From positions 41,480,001 to 41,544,000 of the forward strand of contig NC_058368.1 in the NCBI RefSeq assembly GCF_018350175.1: a stretch of DNA of 64,000 bases, written 5' to 3'. The DNA comes from Felis catus (Eukaryota). The notes under the pieces were generated by a model. The model saw only the letters and a program-made list of their open reading frames with translations. It was not told where the DNA came from and did no database searches. Of this stretch, positions 62,881 through 64,000 are shown piece after piece. The translations under genes were made by a program, and so were the position numbers. Each line of letters starts with the position of its first letter. Positions within the stretch are counted from its first letter, which is position 1.

Positions 62881-63026
62881 GAGAATAAACCTACGCTTAT
62901 AGGTTGCTTGAAGGGAATTTTGGAATTACAGCTTCTTATATGCCTTATAAAGCCTTATGTAGTCTTTCTATGCCTAGAAAGATTAAGGATATTCCTGGTT
63001 ATCTAATACATTCTACTACAATAATT

Positions 63027-63083
63027 GTGGTGGTGGTGTGGTGGTGGGGGTGGTGGGAGATATTTATTTATCTATTTATTTAT

Positions 63084-63115
<32 letters not shown>

Positions 63116-63124
63116 TTATTTATT
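63027..63124. repeat. (GGT)n followed by compound (TATT)n/(TATC)n microsatellite
   Basis: Directly visible. Confidence 0.92.
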
Positions 63125-63366
63125 CTACATGTAGAACTTGGCAAACTTCTTCTTAAGGAAAAACTTCAAATCCTACTGAAGTCAATGTACTAATTCAATG
63201 TTCAGGATCTCCATGGGATGTGGCTTCATCTCTTTCAAGTTTAGATTGTGGCTCAGAAATCTATCAACTAAAACATGTTATTTGACTCTATTCTCATCAC
63301 TGCCCGGCCCTAATCCCAAAATAATAATAAAATGGGACAGGATAATCACAATAAATCCTCCTTTTT

Positions 63367-63625
63367 TGTGGCTGGGTGAAGAATAGATCTCCAAAGTTGC
63401 TCATGTCCAAATTTCTGAAACCTGTGAATATGTTACCATCTTTGGTAAAAGGCCCTATGCTGATGTAATTAAGTTAAGGATCTTGAGATGAATGGGCTCA
63501 AAATAATCACAAGATGGCTTACAAGAAGGATACATGAGGCAGAAAAGAGGGAATGTGTTGTAATGATGGAAACCAAGAGGGAAAAGACATTGCTTCACTG
63601 TTGGCTTTGAAGAAAAGATAAGAAC
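63367..63625 (+). mobile_element. MaLR LTR 5' part (MLT1D-like)
   Basis: aacctgtgaatatgttacc...tggtaaaagg...gatgtaattaagttaaggatcttgagatg...taatcacaag...tggctttgaaga. Confidence 0.8.
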
Positions 63626-63831
63626 CAACATATTATTACAATTGAAAATGTCAGAAGATGCTTAAGAGGAAGTTGTAGTAAATCTAAGGAATTCCATCTC
63701 CAGATAAAGAACTTAAAGATATATCACCCAAATATGCAAAGACATATTAAGAAGGAGGATCCTTGCAACATTTTTTTGGAAGAGCAAATGACAGGAAAGG
63801 AAGTTAACTTCCATTGATAAAGAACTGAGTA

Positions 63832-63956
63832 GGGGCACCTGGGGGGCTCAGTCAGTTAAGTGTCAGACTCTTATTTTGGCTCAGGTCATGATCTCATGGT
63901 TCATGGGATCGAACCCCACATAGAGCTCTGTGCTGACAGTGCAGAGCTTGCTTGGG

Positions 63957-63994
<38 letters not shown>

Positions 63995-64000
63995 CCTCCA
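63832..64000 (+). mobile_element. Can-SINE (cut by window edge)
   Basis: GGGGCACCTGGGGGGCTCAGTCAGTTAAG head through the (CT)n tract. Confidence 0.96.

Noticed and set aside
243..63386. Supplied six-frame ORFs as protein-coding genes
   Set aside because: All are 127 aa or shorter and many start at non-ATG codons. Many overlap SINEs, LTRs, LINE relics or microsatellites (for example 6404-6622, 7275-7517, 54828-55082, 58120-58377), and none resembles a protein I recognise.
1..64000. SINE orientation bias as evidence of the host-gene strand
   Set aside because: About 10 plus versus 14 minus copies is not a meaningful skew.

Overview
This window is AT-rich, repeat-dense mammalian genomic DNA, almost certainly from a cat (Felidae). 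It carries about 24 carnivore tRNA-derived Can-SINEs, four of them near-identical young copies of the felid SINEC_Fc type. It also holds older eutherian repeats (L2, MIR, L1M/HAL1, MaLR/ERVL/ERV1 solo LTRs, MER20/MER44/MER58 DNA transposons) and microsatellites. I found no recognisable protein-coding exon, RNA gene or CRISPR array. The supplied ORFs are short and come from repeats or chance, so the window reads as intergenic or deep intronic. I did not find a convincing new biological system. The best leads are modest: a 64-nt hairpin enclosing a textbook 3' splice site (53514-53577), a strong orphan splice acceptor (31166), several CpG-retaining motif-rich unique segments that may be regulatory, and some unusual retrotransposon architectures. 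Repeat family names come from recalled consensus sequences, not a database search. Boundaries without a stated target-site duplication (TSD) are approximate.
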